From: Lama guanicoe
Taxonomy: Eukaryota
Length of the DNA: 64,000 bases
Direction: 5' to 3'
NCBI GenBank assembly: GCA_013239625.1
Contig: MU054338.1
Coordinates: 3,495,371 to 3,559,370, forward strand
In this document: one piece after another, positions 35,050 through 46,970 of the stretch
Layout of the letters: every line of letters begins with the position of its first letter
Numbering within the stretch: the stretch's first letter is position 1
The notes under the pieces: generated by a model
Told to the model about the DNA's origin: nothing
Databases searched by the model: none
The model's input: only the letters and a program-made list of their open reading frames with translations
Translations under genes and position numbers: made by a program

Positions 35050-35760
35050 AGCTCATTTCTTCATTCACTCCATGCATCTAACGTATCTATTAGGCACCTA
35101 CAGTGTTCCAGGCAATGGGGACACAGCAGGGAACAAAATAGGCAACAATCCTGGGCTGACTTTTTAACAGAATAGATAGACATGAAACCATATAAATAAA
35201 TCCTTGGTGGGAAGTGCTAGGGAAGAAAATGAAGCAGAAACAGGAAGGGTTGGAGGCACAATTTTAAATCGAGTGGTAAGGGAAGGCCACGCTGTGATGA
35301 ACAAAGGTCTGAAGGCAGTAGATGAAGAACATCCCAGGCAGTGGGAACAGCCAGTGCAAAGGCCCTGGGGCAGGACCATGCCTGGTGTGATGGAGGAACA
35401 GTGAGGAGGCTTGTGTGGCTGGAGCAGAGTGAAAGAAGAGGAGAGAGGGAGGAGGTGAGGCAGGGGGTGGAGGGGGCAGGTCATGCAGGATCTTGTGGAC
35501 CGTGGGGAGTACTTGGGCTTTTATTTCCAGGGAGGTGGGAGCCCTGGAGGGCTGTGGGCAGAGGAGGGCGGGGCCTGACTCAGTGCTCACAGGCGCCCTC
35601 TGGCTGTTGCTGGGAGAACAGACGATGGAGGGGAGCTGGGGGACCAGGTGGAAGTGACTGTGCTTGTCCAGATGGGTGATGATGGGGGCCAGACCAGAGT
35701 GCAGGCAGCTTAGGGGGAGAAGTGGCCAGATAGCGTACAGATGGGAGATGGAATGACCAC
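35050..35760 (-). mobile_element. L2 LINE 3' fragment
   Basis: TATTAGGCACCTAC...TGCAAAGGCCCTGGGGCAG...GTGTGGCTGGAGCAGAGTGA. Confidence 0.85.
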
Positions 35761-36749
35761 TGGCCATACTTCCCTTGCAGTCTTTCTGGGACCTGGACAA
35801 CCTGCAGGGACTGAATGGGGGGCACATTTAACAAAGGACTAGGCAGCTGCTGCCTGCTCAAGACTCAGAGGCAACCCTGCATCAGCCGGGGGTGGGGCCT
35901 GTGGCCCCTGAGTCCTCTGGCTTCTCCAGCTGCCGCCCTAGATATTGTGTGATGAGATTAAAGTCGGGGAGCACCCCCAACACCAGCCAGGGCTGCCTGT
36001 GCCCCAAGCCTCAGCAAACAGGCGCCCCCTCCACCCTGAGGACTTGAGCAGGAGTCCCCAGAGGGCTGAGCTGGAGACACCAATGACGTCACTCCCAGAG
36101 GCCCATTGCCTGCTACCAGCCACTCCCAGTGTGTGCCAGACCCTGCCCAGACCCCAGTGACAACCACAGCTCCCCCAGTGACCAGAGCTGGAGGCGTCAC
36201 CACACATGGCATTTCCTGAGCACGCCCTCTGTCCCAGACTGTTTCTGGTGCTTTCGGGTGACCCTTCACAGCCCTGGGAGGTCTGTGTTGATACTGCCCC
36301 AACTTGACAGTGAGGCACAGAGAGGCTGAGGACAGCCTAGTCAAGCCAAGGCTGCTCTGGGGTCTCAAGTTAGGGGTCCTCTCTGTCCTTGCATCCCAAG
36401 CCCCAGGAGAGGTGAGGGGCCTGGGAGGGCAGCTGATTTCCCATTGCAGAAGTCCCTCTCTGACGCAGGTCAGTCTTGCACACGCCAGGGATGGGAACGT
36501 CACTCTCTACACGGGAGAGCTGCCTTGGTTTGGGGCTGTGCTAAGAGCTAGTTTTCCCTTTAATGTAGCTGGTCTCCATCCTCTCCCTTTAACCTCCCTC
36601 CATTACCCTGGTCCTGCTCTCTGGAGGCTGCTCAGAAAATGAGCCCCTGTCCCCGCCCCCCCCACCCCCTCCTCCCCTCTGCCACCCTCCCTCCTCTCTA
36701 CCTCCAGGTAGCCATGCAGCCACCACTCTAAGGAGCAGGTGAATCCCAG

Positions 36750-36920
36750 CGTTTAGAGTCAGACATGCCTGCCACTCGTGGCCCTGGGCCAGTCATGTCA
36801 CCCTTGGGGACTCCGTTTCCTCATCTGTAAAAAGGAAGATGATATCCTCTATCTTGGATGCCCCTGTGGCTCTGGCGACCAGCTCAGGGCCAGGCACACA
36901 GCAGATGCTCAATAAAAATT
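36750..36920 (+). mobile_element. MIR SINE
   Basis: TTTAGAGTCAGAC...GTTTCCTCATCTGTAAAA...GGCACACAGCAGATGCTCAATAAA. Confidence 0.7.
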
Positions 36921-36979
36921 TGTCACATGGATGTTTTTCCTTTCAATTTATTGGTCCACTGATTACTACTCCGTATGCT

Positions 36980-37385
36980 CCAAATCTGACGCTTCTTAAA
37001 AGCATCTCAGGGCTCCCCTGAGTAACACTCACCCTCTCACCAGGCCATCTCTCTATTCTGTCCTCTCTCCTCTCCACCATGCTGAGCTCCTTCCTGACTC
37101 ACAGACTTTGCACATGCTGTTCCCTCTGCCAGGAATGCTTTTCCCTCATGTTTTGCTTTCCACATAAAGGATGAAGGAGCCCTCCTCCTGGCTCCTTCCC
37201 TCCTTAAACAGTTTGCATTTAAATCACTAACTGTGATCATTAGTTATGCAATTAACCACTTAACATCTGTCTTCCCACACATTCCGCCACCAAAGCAGGA
37301 CTTTTAAATCTGCTTTTTCATACTTGTAGCCCCAGCACCTCGGACAGCACCTGACACACACATTGATAAATGCTTGTGAATGAAA
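36980..37385 (+). mobile_element. L2 fragment
   Basis: CTTTGCACATGCTGTTCCCTCTGCCAGGAATGC...CCCAGCACC...GATAAATGCTTGTGAATGAA. Confidence 0.7.
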
Positions 37386-40300
37386 AAAATGAAGGACATG
37401 TGTTATACCCAGTTCTACCTGCTTCTTCCTTATGCTTCAGCTTTTCCAGTTTTCTGAATTGAATACACTTCTCCTAGTGAGGCTGCAAGCAGAGAAAGTG
37501 GCACCATCCCCTCCCCGTTTTTGCATGCCCTATTCCTGTTAATACAATCAAAATGTTTTCACTTCCCCCGCCCTCCCTTCTTCAGCTTTTCTCATTCAGG
37601 AGAGGAAGATGTTAAAATGTGTTGATTTAGTCAGAAGTGTTTTAAGCCTCCAGACAATTCAGACTTGAGAATAAAGTGATGGCAGAAGAACCAAAAAAAA
37701 AAAAATCTTGTTTATTAGGAGGAGAAAGAAAATGCCATTTCAATAAGATTGAGGCTCGTTAATGCTGGAATATAAAGATAGACACTTCCTGTCCTCGACA
37801 CGCAAACTTTCCCACAGCTGTGGGTACCAGGCCCTCCAGAGCGGCTGGGGCAGGGCGGCCACAAAGAGACTGTAATTGCTCCGGAGTTGAAGACCTACGT
37901 GTTCGCGGAGCCATGCCAAGATAGGATGAAGGTCACAGAGGATGTGAGATGCTGTGGAGGGGGCAGGGCGATTGTTCTGGGGACCCTCCCAGGAGACAGG
38001 GAGGGTAGGGGCTCTCCCCCCAGGAGAAGAAATTCTCAGGCCCTGTTGCCTATTACCTGTGGGGGTCTTGTCTTGGTCAGGTTTTCAATCTAGGGAGAGA
38101 GGTTTCTAGTGAATACCCAAGTGGCCACTGTGTGACCTTGGGCACATTGCACACCCTCTCTGTGCTACAGTTTCCCTATCTGCCAAATACAGATAATTAG
38201 TTTAATATTAAACATGCAATATAAGCTATGATTATTTGCTGTCATCATTAGCTCTTCTTACTGTTTTTGTTGTTGCTTTTATAATCCCCCATCTGGGGTG
38301 TCTGCCTAGGCCATGAGCTTCTCCTGAGAATTGCCCCTGCCCCTCCATCCCACTAACACAGCTCCCCCTGCCACATTCACAGTGTTACCCCACCCTCTTA
38401 TCTTAAGAGATTGGACCAGGGACACAGGCTGAGCCTATCGGATTCTTTCCTCTAGGAGTTCACAGTGAGGGCCTCAAAGCACTCATTCCAGGTGCCAGAT
38501 GCTGCAGAACTCACCCCTGTCTTGGGGGTGGGGCAAGCAAACTGAAAAATAAAGATGATAATTGCAGGTCATGACAACTGCTACAAAGAGATAAAAGCAT
38601 GGTAAGATTATGGAGGGGTAGGTGCGGAAGAACCTTCAGCCGAGTTTGGGGCAGGGTTGGGGGACTTCTCTGAAGAGCTAAGACGCGGCCCGGGGGCAGG
38701 AGGAAGGGCAAGGGCGAAGGCAGGACATGGAGTGTGGATTCACCCTCGGGGCAATGAAAAGAAACCGAAGGGATTTTTAACAGGAAAGGGATTAAACTGG
38801 AGGCTTAAAAATGTCAGTCTGGAGGATGAAGGAGAAACATTTCCAGAAAAAAAGGGCAGCCTGGGTTTACCCTGTAACCCTGACTGTGCATCTGCTCCTT
38901 AATGGGAAGTTGCTGCTTGGGGTCTGTGTTTGGAATGATTCTGAGCCCAAGTCCTAGTTCTGCAGGGAAAAGGTGCTGCAATCTATTAGTGATGCCTGGG
39001 TCCTGTCTCCTTGGGAAAGAGTTCTGCTGTTGGTTAGTGATGCCTGTCAGAGGCAGCTGAACTGGCTATGGTGGTCTGCATGTTACATGTTTGCTGTCCA
39101 GGGTGAAGGGGCCGCTTCTGCTCGGAGAAGATTCTCCACACCCTCCTGGGAAGGCCCAGCATGGATCCCGGACCCAGACAGACCAGGGTTCAAATTTTGG
39201 CTGGACTGCTTCCTCCCTGTGTGACTTTGGGCAAGTTGCTTTCTAACACCAAATTTCACTCCCTCTTCTGCAAAGAAATCTCACCCCCGTCGACTTATCC
39301 GGTGACCGAACGAAGTGGTATGTGTGACATGAACGGCCTGCAGCAGGGCTCGGCTGTGACTGATGCTGGCCTCTCCAGGCTCCCCTTGCCGTGGCCCTGG
39401 TTCTGGAGCCGAATCTGTTTTATTTCCAGACCCAACTCCAGGACTGGCTCCAACTCTGTCCTCCAGACCTTGGCGGATACCCTCAGCTGCATCCTGATCC
39501 TGGACTCTCTCCCCAGAGCTGCCAGAGCCTTGGCGTCCATCACCCAGAGCCATGCCTGCACCTGGTGACGCTGTGCATGAAACAAAGTGGGCATGGGGAC
39601 AGATGGCCTGGGACTCTCATGGAGGGGAGTGGTCTCCACACCTGGCTTCCACTCACTCCCTCCCCCAACCTGGGCCTGCCAGGAAGGATCCTCTGGCAAA
39701 CTGGAGTGGGGACTGTCTGTCTCTATGCCTGGCTGCCTCTCAGCTCTTGGCCTGGAGTCTCACCATCAACGTTTATGTCTGCAGGTGGCTGGGCCCACAC
39801 TGCCTCCTCTGTTACTTGGCATGAACTGGAGGGATCTTGGGGTTCTGTGAGGATGTGGGGGAAAGCCTCAAATGGATATGGCTGGAGCCTGACCTGAGGG
39901 TGACTTTGGAAAGCAATCAACGTGCGGGAGGAGGCAGGGTTAAACCAGCCTGGAGAACAGGACGGAAGCTGCCTTTCCCACCTCCATCACCACCACCACC
40001 CAGCCCCTTGACTCCCGCTCCCTCCTCCCGCGCCACCCCTCCGTCCACTCAGCATCCAGGAGGACATTTAAAAGCACAAGCCCTACCCGCCTCCCTCCTC
40101 TGCTTGGCTCCTTCTGTGGCTGCTTTGGCCCCCAGGCTAATCTGACTCTTTCCACTGCCAAGGATGTTCCCACAGTCCCCGAGCCATCCTCTCCCTCCTT
40201 TCCCCATACCCCGTCTAGCCCCCTTTCCAGGCTTCGAGCCCCTGAACTTGCTTCACGTGCTCACAGAGGCTGTCCTTGGTCTCACCCCCGGCCCTTTGCG

Positions 40301-40743
40301 CATAATGTTCCTTTTACTCCCAATGCTCTTCCCCCCCTCCTTCAGCTGGCCAACTCTTGACCCTTCAGGTCTCAGCTTCAATGTCACCTCTTACCTCTTC
40401 AAGGAAGCCCTCCTTGAGGCCATGCCCCTCCCACCAGGCTGGCTTAGATGCATCCACCATCGAAACTCCAATCGCCTGCTGAGCTCCAACTCTGCAGCCG
40501 GTGCCCAGGTCCTCACATACATCACCTTGCTGAAATTCTCACTGCTCCAGGGAGTTGCCTCCATGAAGGTCCCCATTACTCAGGTACCAGAACCCAGGTC
40601 TGCCTGCCTGACTTGGGTTTACCACCCCACTCTGCCACCCAAGTACCGTAGGACTTTGAATCAGTGATCTCACCTCTCATGGGTTCTGTTCCCTCATCTG
40701 CAGATAGCGGCTGCAGGTGGGGCTTGTTCATTAAGTGACTGAA

Positions 40744-40782
40744 GAATGAATGAATGAATGAATGAATGAATGAATGAATGAA
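40744..40782. repeat. (GAAT)n microsatellite
   Basis: About 10 perfect GAAT units. Confidence 0.95.
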
Positions 40783-40824
40783 TTGTGCTTGTCAGCCTGT
40801 TTCACATGAGGCGGTCAGAGGAAT

Positions 40825-41400
40825 CTCTTTAAAACTTGAATCAGAAGATCAGATCGACACAACATTGTAAAATGATTATAAATCAATAAAACACACACAC
40901 ACACACACAAAAAAGAAGATCAGATCACTCCTGCACCAAACCCCTCTGCAGATCTCCACTGTTCTATCAATAAAGTCCACATCCCTCCCCGCAACCCACA
41001 GGACCTGCAGGACCTGCCCTGTCCCCTCCCTGTCCTCACCTCCTCCGTCTCTCCCCCTGGCTCACTCTGCTCCAGCCACATGGGCCTCCTTGCTGTTCCA
41101 CCAATATTCCAGGCACAGTCCTGCCCCAGGGCCTTTGCATGTGCTGTCCCCACTGCCTGACACACTGTTTCCCAAACTCTTAGCTGAACCTAGCTTCTCC
41201 TTATTACTGAGCCCTTGGCCTAAATGTTACCTCCGCTGAGAAGCCTTCTCTGATTGCCCTACCTGAGCCCATGCCCAGTTATTCTCTGCCCCTATTCATT
41301 TCCTTCTTAACTCCCATTCCCATTTGGTAAAAAAAAAAAAAAATCCCTGCATTTGTCAGGAATTATTTACCTGTTCAACATCCATCTCTCCTGCTAGAGC
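40825..41400 (+). mobile_element. L2 fragment hosting the short L1 insertion
   Basis: CTCACTCTGCTCCAGCCAC...CTGCCCCAGGGCCTTTGCA...AAATGTTACCTCC...GAGAAGCCTTCTCTGA. Confidence 0.8.
40856..40913 (+). mobile_element. Extremely 5'-truncated young L1 3' end with 13-bp TSD
   Basis: GACACAACATTGTAAAATGATTATAAATCAATAAAA plus a (CA)n/A tail, flanked by AGAAGATCAGATC at 40843-40855 and 40914-40926. Confidence 0.8.
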
Positions 41401-42329
41401 TGGGTCACCTTGGGCAAGCCCCTGCCTTCTCTAAGCCTCAGTCTGCGCATCTGTCCAGTGGGGGTATGAGCCACCAGACAGCCCACAATTGGCCAGCTTG
41501 TTCCCTGCTGTGCCGCGGCACCTAGAACAGCGCCTGGCACACCATCAGTGCCCAGTAAACGAGTGGATGGATGAACACGCCAACCAGTGAGCAGCTCACC
41601 CCGTCTCGCAGGCCCCCCTCCGGCTGTGTCTCAGAGCTCTGCCTCTCTGGGGCTGATGAGCTGGGTTTATGCGTGGAGGTGCAGATGTCACTGTGGCATT
41701 TGTGACCCCCCATGTGTCCCTGCTTCTGCCTGCAGGGGAGGGAGATGGGTTTGTAACATCCAGTGAGTCTCAGCCAGTATATCTCTGCCTGGGCACAGGC
41801 TGGCCTGCTCATCAGAGGGCACACGTCGCTGGGTGGGGTGTGTGTGCGACTGTTCCTTCGAGTAGCTCCCTGGGCCATCGTCGTCCCCGTAAAACACCAA
41901 CCCGCACTCCCCTGCCATGGTTTTCCTCTGCCACCCCAGATTCAATCAGCCAGCCGCCTCCTGGCTCTGAGTTTCAAAAGCTGACACTCTGGAGAGGGGC
42001 AGGAGGGTGCAGCCCTTCTAAACTTCCTGGGAGGACTAACATTAATTGAGCACTTACCGTGTACTGGGCCCCATTCCAAGGCCTTTATACAGTTTCCACA
42101 TCTGATTTTCTGACAATCCTATGGGGTGGGGAGTATCATCGGCCCCGTGTTATAGGTGGGGAAACTGATGTGCCAAGAAGTGACACGACTTGCCAAAGGC
42201 ACAGGACTGGTAAGGCTGTTGCATTGCAGCACAGTCCTCAAAGCCAAAAAAAACGTGGAAGCAACCTATGTGTCCATCCACAGGGACTGGTTACGGGAGT
42301 TTGGTTTAATAGCCCAAAGAATTGCAAAC

Positions 42330-42812
42330 AGGTGTTCTGACAAAAGCGTGTACGTGTGTATTCACAGCAGCCGAAAGGTAGAAACAACCTAGTTGTCCAT
42401 CAACAGGTGATGAATAAACAAAATGTGGTCCATCCATACAGTGGAATATTATTCAACTAAAAAAAGAAGGAAATTCTGACACCTGCTACAGTATGGATGA
42501 AGCACAAAAATATTATAAATAAAGTGAGCCAGACACAAAAAAGGATAAAAGCTGTCTGATTCCACCTGTAGGAGGTCGCTAGAAGAGTCAAGTCCACAGA
42601 GACAGGAAGTAGATGGTGGGGCCGGGGCTGGGGGAAGGGAGGGGGAGTCAGTGTTTCATGGGGACAGAGTTTCAGTTTGGGAAAGTGAGAAAGTTCTGGA
42701 GATGATGGTGGGGATGGTAACACAACAGTGTGAATGTGCTTAATGCCACTGAGCTGTGCACTTAGAAATGGTTAAAATGGTACATTTTGTTATACATATT
42801 TTACCACAATAA
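42330..42812 (+). mobile_element. L1MB-type 3'UTR fragment
   Basis: CCATACAGTGGAATATTATTCA...GAAATTCTGACAC...GGGACAGAGTTTCAGTTTGGG...AATGCCACTGA...AAATGGTTAAAATGGTA...TTTTACCACAAT. Confidence 0.9.
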
Positions 42813-42824
42813 TATTTTTTTCAA

Positions 42825-43195
42825 TTTAAGAAGGAGAGAAGCTCTGACATGCACTACAACACGGACCTTGAAAACACGAGGCTCAGTGAGAGAAGCAGAC
42901 ACCAAAGGACACACAGTGTGTGATTCCATTTCCGTGAAGCTTCTGGAACAGGCAGACCCACTGAGACAGGGAGTGGATTTGTGGTTGCCAGGGGCTGGGG
43001 GAGAGGGGTTGAAAAGTGACTGCTAATGGGGACTGGACTGCTTTTTGGGGTGATGGAAAATTTCTGCAAGTAGATAATGGGGTTGGTTGTACAACACTCT
43101 GGATGTACTTACTGCCACCGAATTGTACATTTTTAAGTGCTTAAAATGGTGAATTTTATACCACGTATATTTTACCACAATAAAAGAAAAAAAAC
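42825..43195 (+). mobile_element. Second L1MB-type 3'UTR fragment in tandem
   Basis: CCTTGAAAACA...CTCAGTGAGAGAAGCAGACA...GTGGTTGCCAGGGGCTGGGG...TTTTGGGGTGATGGAAAAT...TTTTACCACAATAAAA. Confidence 0.85.
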
Positions 43196-43519
43196 AGCCT
43201 GGTTTATTCTCTCAACGGAGTAGTAGGCAGATGTATAAAAAGTGAGAATTCATGTACCAATAAGAAATGATCTCGAAGGTGTATTGTTAAGTGACAGCAA
43301 AGAAAGCGCAGGATAGCATTTGAGCCCACACACGTGTGTGAAAAAAATCAGGGAGAGGAGAAAAATACACACACAGGTGCTTATGTGAGCACACATCGTC
43401 CCGGGAAGGAACACAGGGACCTATGACACTGGGTGCCTCTGGAATGGGCACTCAACCCATCTCTAGAGGGGTATTTTTTCCCCCTGTGAACTCATGTGTA
43501 CCTTGAAAGGCAGAAAATC

Positions 43520-43720
43520 ATGATGGTTAAAAGATCAGCTCTGTCTTTGACCAGCTGTGTGATCTTGAGCAAGGCACTTAACCTCTCTGTGCCTCAGGGC
43601 CCTCGTCTACAAAACAGGAACGATGACACCCACCTGAGAGAGCTGTTTGGATAAAGACATAATGAATTAACACCAATCGGCTGCTGAAAATAGGGCTTGG
43701 CAAAGGCTGGTGCCACCTAA
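43520..43720 (+). mobile_element. MIR SINE
   Basis: CCAGCTGTGTGATCTTGAGCAAGGCACTTAACCTCTCTGTGCCTCAG. Confidence 0.8.
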
Positions 43721-45187
43721 GCATTGCTCTTGACTTGTATACCCTGTTTCATCTTTATCTGTCCAAACAAAGAAATATCTAAGAAAGCATTTTTAAAACA
43801 TTGAATGGACGGTGCATGAAGCGCCCAGCCCATGGTTAGCATCTGCAATCTCCGAGCTGGTGAGCTCACCCCTTCTCCTCCCAATTCCCACCCTCAGCCC
43901 CCAGGGATTCAGCCTTATAGCAAGTGACGCAACCTGGGGAAACCAAGTCCCTGCGGCCACGGGCGTTCCTGCAACACCTCGCCGGCACAGAAGGCGGGGT
44001 GGGGGGGGGCCCTCCCAGTTCTCAGGGGAGGGTCGAGGGTGGGAATCAGCTCCTATTTGCCTTAATTAGCATCTCGGAGGAGCCGGTTGCCATGGCTTCG
44101 GGAGGAAGTCGCTGGCTGGGTGGAGCCTGGCCCAGGGCGCCCCAGGAGGGACCCCGTCCCTCCCCCGGTGGCTGGCCGGGAGGACCACTCAGCCTCTGGA
44201 CCCAGGCAGATGCGGGTCCACGTTCAGCCTTCTCACTGTGTGACCTGTTCCTCTTCTGTGAATTAGGACTAGCACAAAAAAATAAATCTCCTTTCTAGGG
44301 CTGCCGGGGGAATTTAACAGAGAATAAAATGCACAGCTCTGGGTTAGGAGACCTAGCAATTGTCGTTATTTCATTGGGAGAAAGTGATTTTAAATATGAT
44401 CCCAAGACCACTTCTCCGCATAAAAATGTCTGAAAAACACACGTTACGGAGTCAGTGCTGATTACGCCCGGGGGCTGCCATATACAGAACAGTCGTGGCT
44501 GGTACTGGTTAAGCGCCTACTATGTGCTAGATGCATACCTCATCTAGCCTTGAGGTGAGGGGATGGAACCCCGCTGTACTGACAAGGAAACAGGCTCAGA
44601 GCTGGGACGAGGCTCCTCCGTGGTCTCCACTTCCCAACCATCCAGTTCTGTCCACTTCTCAGGGGAGAGAGAGAGAAGCAGAAATAAAGGACAAATGGAT
44701 TCAAATGAAGAACTGTTTGATGCTGGCACTAAGAGGGCTTCTGTTCAAGGATGACATCAGCGGACAGGGTTTCAGCTGTAGGGAGGCTGGCTTCTCTAAT
44801 CTTGCTGCAGGGCTAGAAAAGTCCCCCCCAAAAGAATTTTTCAGCTGATACGACTGTTGTGGGCCCTGAGACCTGGACCCCAGAACTGGTCCTTCAGGGA
44901 AGGGCTTGGTTGGAGGGAGCTCAGCCCGACCTGAGCACAGCTCACAGCTGGAGAGCAGGGTGGGCACAGCCTGTCTGCTCTGGTCCATTCAGCAAGTTCA
45001 GGTTGATGATGGTGGGCAACGCCCAGTGGGGAGGGGAGGAAAGCAAGGAGGCAGACCTGGGAGGGTCTCAGGAGAATGGCCCGAGTGGACGGGGTGGTGG
45101 TGGGACAGGCCTGGAGACTGAACAGAGCACAGCACTCAGCATGTAAAGACACTGAAGAGGTGGGTGGGGGAATGCATGGGTCAAAAC

Positions 45188-45453
45188 GGATGCAGAGGAA
45201 GGATGGATGGGTGGATGGATGGATGGATGGATGTGTGGTTGGATACATGGATGAGTGGAGGTTGTTGGAATGAATAGGTGAAGGGATGGATGGATGGGTG
45301 GGTGGGTGGATGAATAGATATATGGTTGGATACATGGATAGGTGGAGGTTGGATGAATAGGTAAGTGAATGGGTGGATGGATGGATGGATGGGTGGTTGG
45401 GAGGGTAAATGGATGGATGCATGGATGGACAGATGAGTGGACGGGTGGTGGAT
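45188..45453. repeat. Degenerate (GGAT)n/(GGGT)n simple repeat
   Basis: Directly visible; explains the spurious HPSIHP-rich ORFs on the minus strand. Confidence 0.9.
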
Positions 45454-46039
45454 GAGCAGATAGCACTCCTAACGGTGATGGCAATAGTGCAGGGATACCA
45501 TCTCGGCCTTACCAAGAGGACTATGTGCCGAGCACATGATCTCACCAATCCTCAGGCTGCCGTTGGTGTATGTGGGTTGGGGGGGTGGGTCCCACTGATA
45601 CTTCCACTCCAGAGTTAGGGTATCTGAGGCTCGGAGACGTAAAGTTCTTCCTTAAAATCTCAGTGCTGAACCATTCCCACCACTGTCTTGATACTGCCCT
45701 TGTGAGGTGACCTCCCAGGGGACAAACCCAGCAGTCCCGTCTCAGTTCCCATCCTCCGCCCACTCCCAGCAGCGTCTCACCTGGCGGGTCCCTCATCCTC
45801 CAGGAAACGTCTGCACTTGGCCTCTGGGAACCTGCATCCTCCTGGCCTCCCTCTGTCCTCTCTGCTGGACCTTCGCAGTCTCTCTGCCAGCTTCTCTCCT
45901 TCTCTGCTCAGTTTCTAAACACAGGAAAGCCCTCATGCATCTTCTTTCTCCTCCGCCCCTCGTCCACCTCCATGGATTCAAATATCTTCTTCCATCATTG
46001 ACCTCCAGATTTATGTCTCCAGAAGGCATCGCTCCCCCA

Positions 46040-46970
46040 AACTCCTAATAACCAACTGGCTCCCAACACCTCCATGAAGGCGCCCATTCACGCGTCAAAG
46101 CCAAATCTCGATTCTCACTCCTCCCACACCTACCCATTCCTCCCTCATCCTTCCGTCTCAGCTGGTGACAACTCCAATCTCCCAGGTGCTCGCTTCAGAC
46201 ACACTAGCATCATCCTCAGCTTTCCGTTTCCTCACACCTCACAAAGAGTTCTTTAGAAAAGTCCATTGTCTCTGCCTCCACACTCTATCCAGAAGGTGCC
46301 GACTTCTCCATCTTCTACATCCTCTGGTCCGGCTTCATCACCACCCGTCTGGACCAGTGCAGTCCAGGTGCCTCCACTCTGGTCCCGAGCTTCCAGCCTT
46401 GCTCTCGACAGCCTGTCCTTCTGATAACAGCCACCAGAGGGTGGGTTGAGCACCGGAGTCAGTCCCGCCCCTCCTCTGCCCACAGACCTCCAGGGCTCCC
46501 ACCTCCCTTGGAGTAAAAACCGAAGTCCTCCCTGTGGCCCACAATGCCCAACATCACCTGCTCTTATCCCCTCCCAGCCCTCACCTCCCTCTCGCCCTCT
46601 CGCCCAATCTGCTCCAGCCACGTAGGCCTCCTCGCTGTTCCTCTAATAGATCAGGCACCATTCTGCCCCAGGGCCTTTGCACATGCTATGCCCTCTGTGC
46701 CTGTCTGCCCTTTGGTCTCTACTCAAATGTCACCTTATCACTGAAGCCTCCCCTGACCACCCTCTTTAAGATTTACCTCCCCACACAACTTCATCCTCTT
46801 TCACTGCTTGATTTTTTTCCCCTTAGCTCTCACCATCAACTGACCCACTGTATATTTTACCTGTTTATTTTTTAATGTACAGTGTCAGCTGTTAGAAACA
46901 GAGACTTTCATTCTGTTCTGTTAACCATTTCATCCCAGTACCTAGGACAGTGTCTGACACACATTTAGTT
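46040..46970 (+). mobile_element. L2 LINE 3' fragment
   Basis: GTCAAAGCCAAATCTC...CTGCTCCAGCCAC...CTGCCCCAGGGCCTTTGCACATGC...CTCAAATGTCACC...CCTAGGACAGTGTCTGACACA. Confidence 0.85.

Noticed and set aside
44841..45548. 235-aa His/Pro-rich ORF
   Set aside because: Translation of the (ATCC)n simple repeat.
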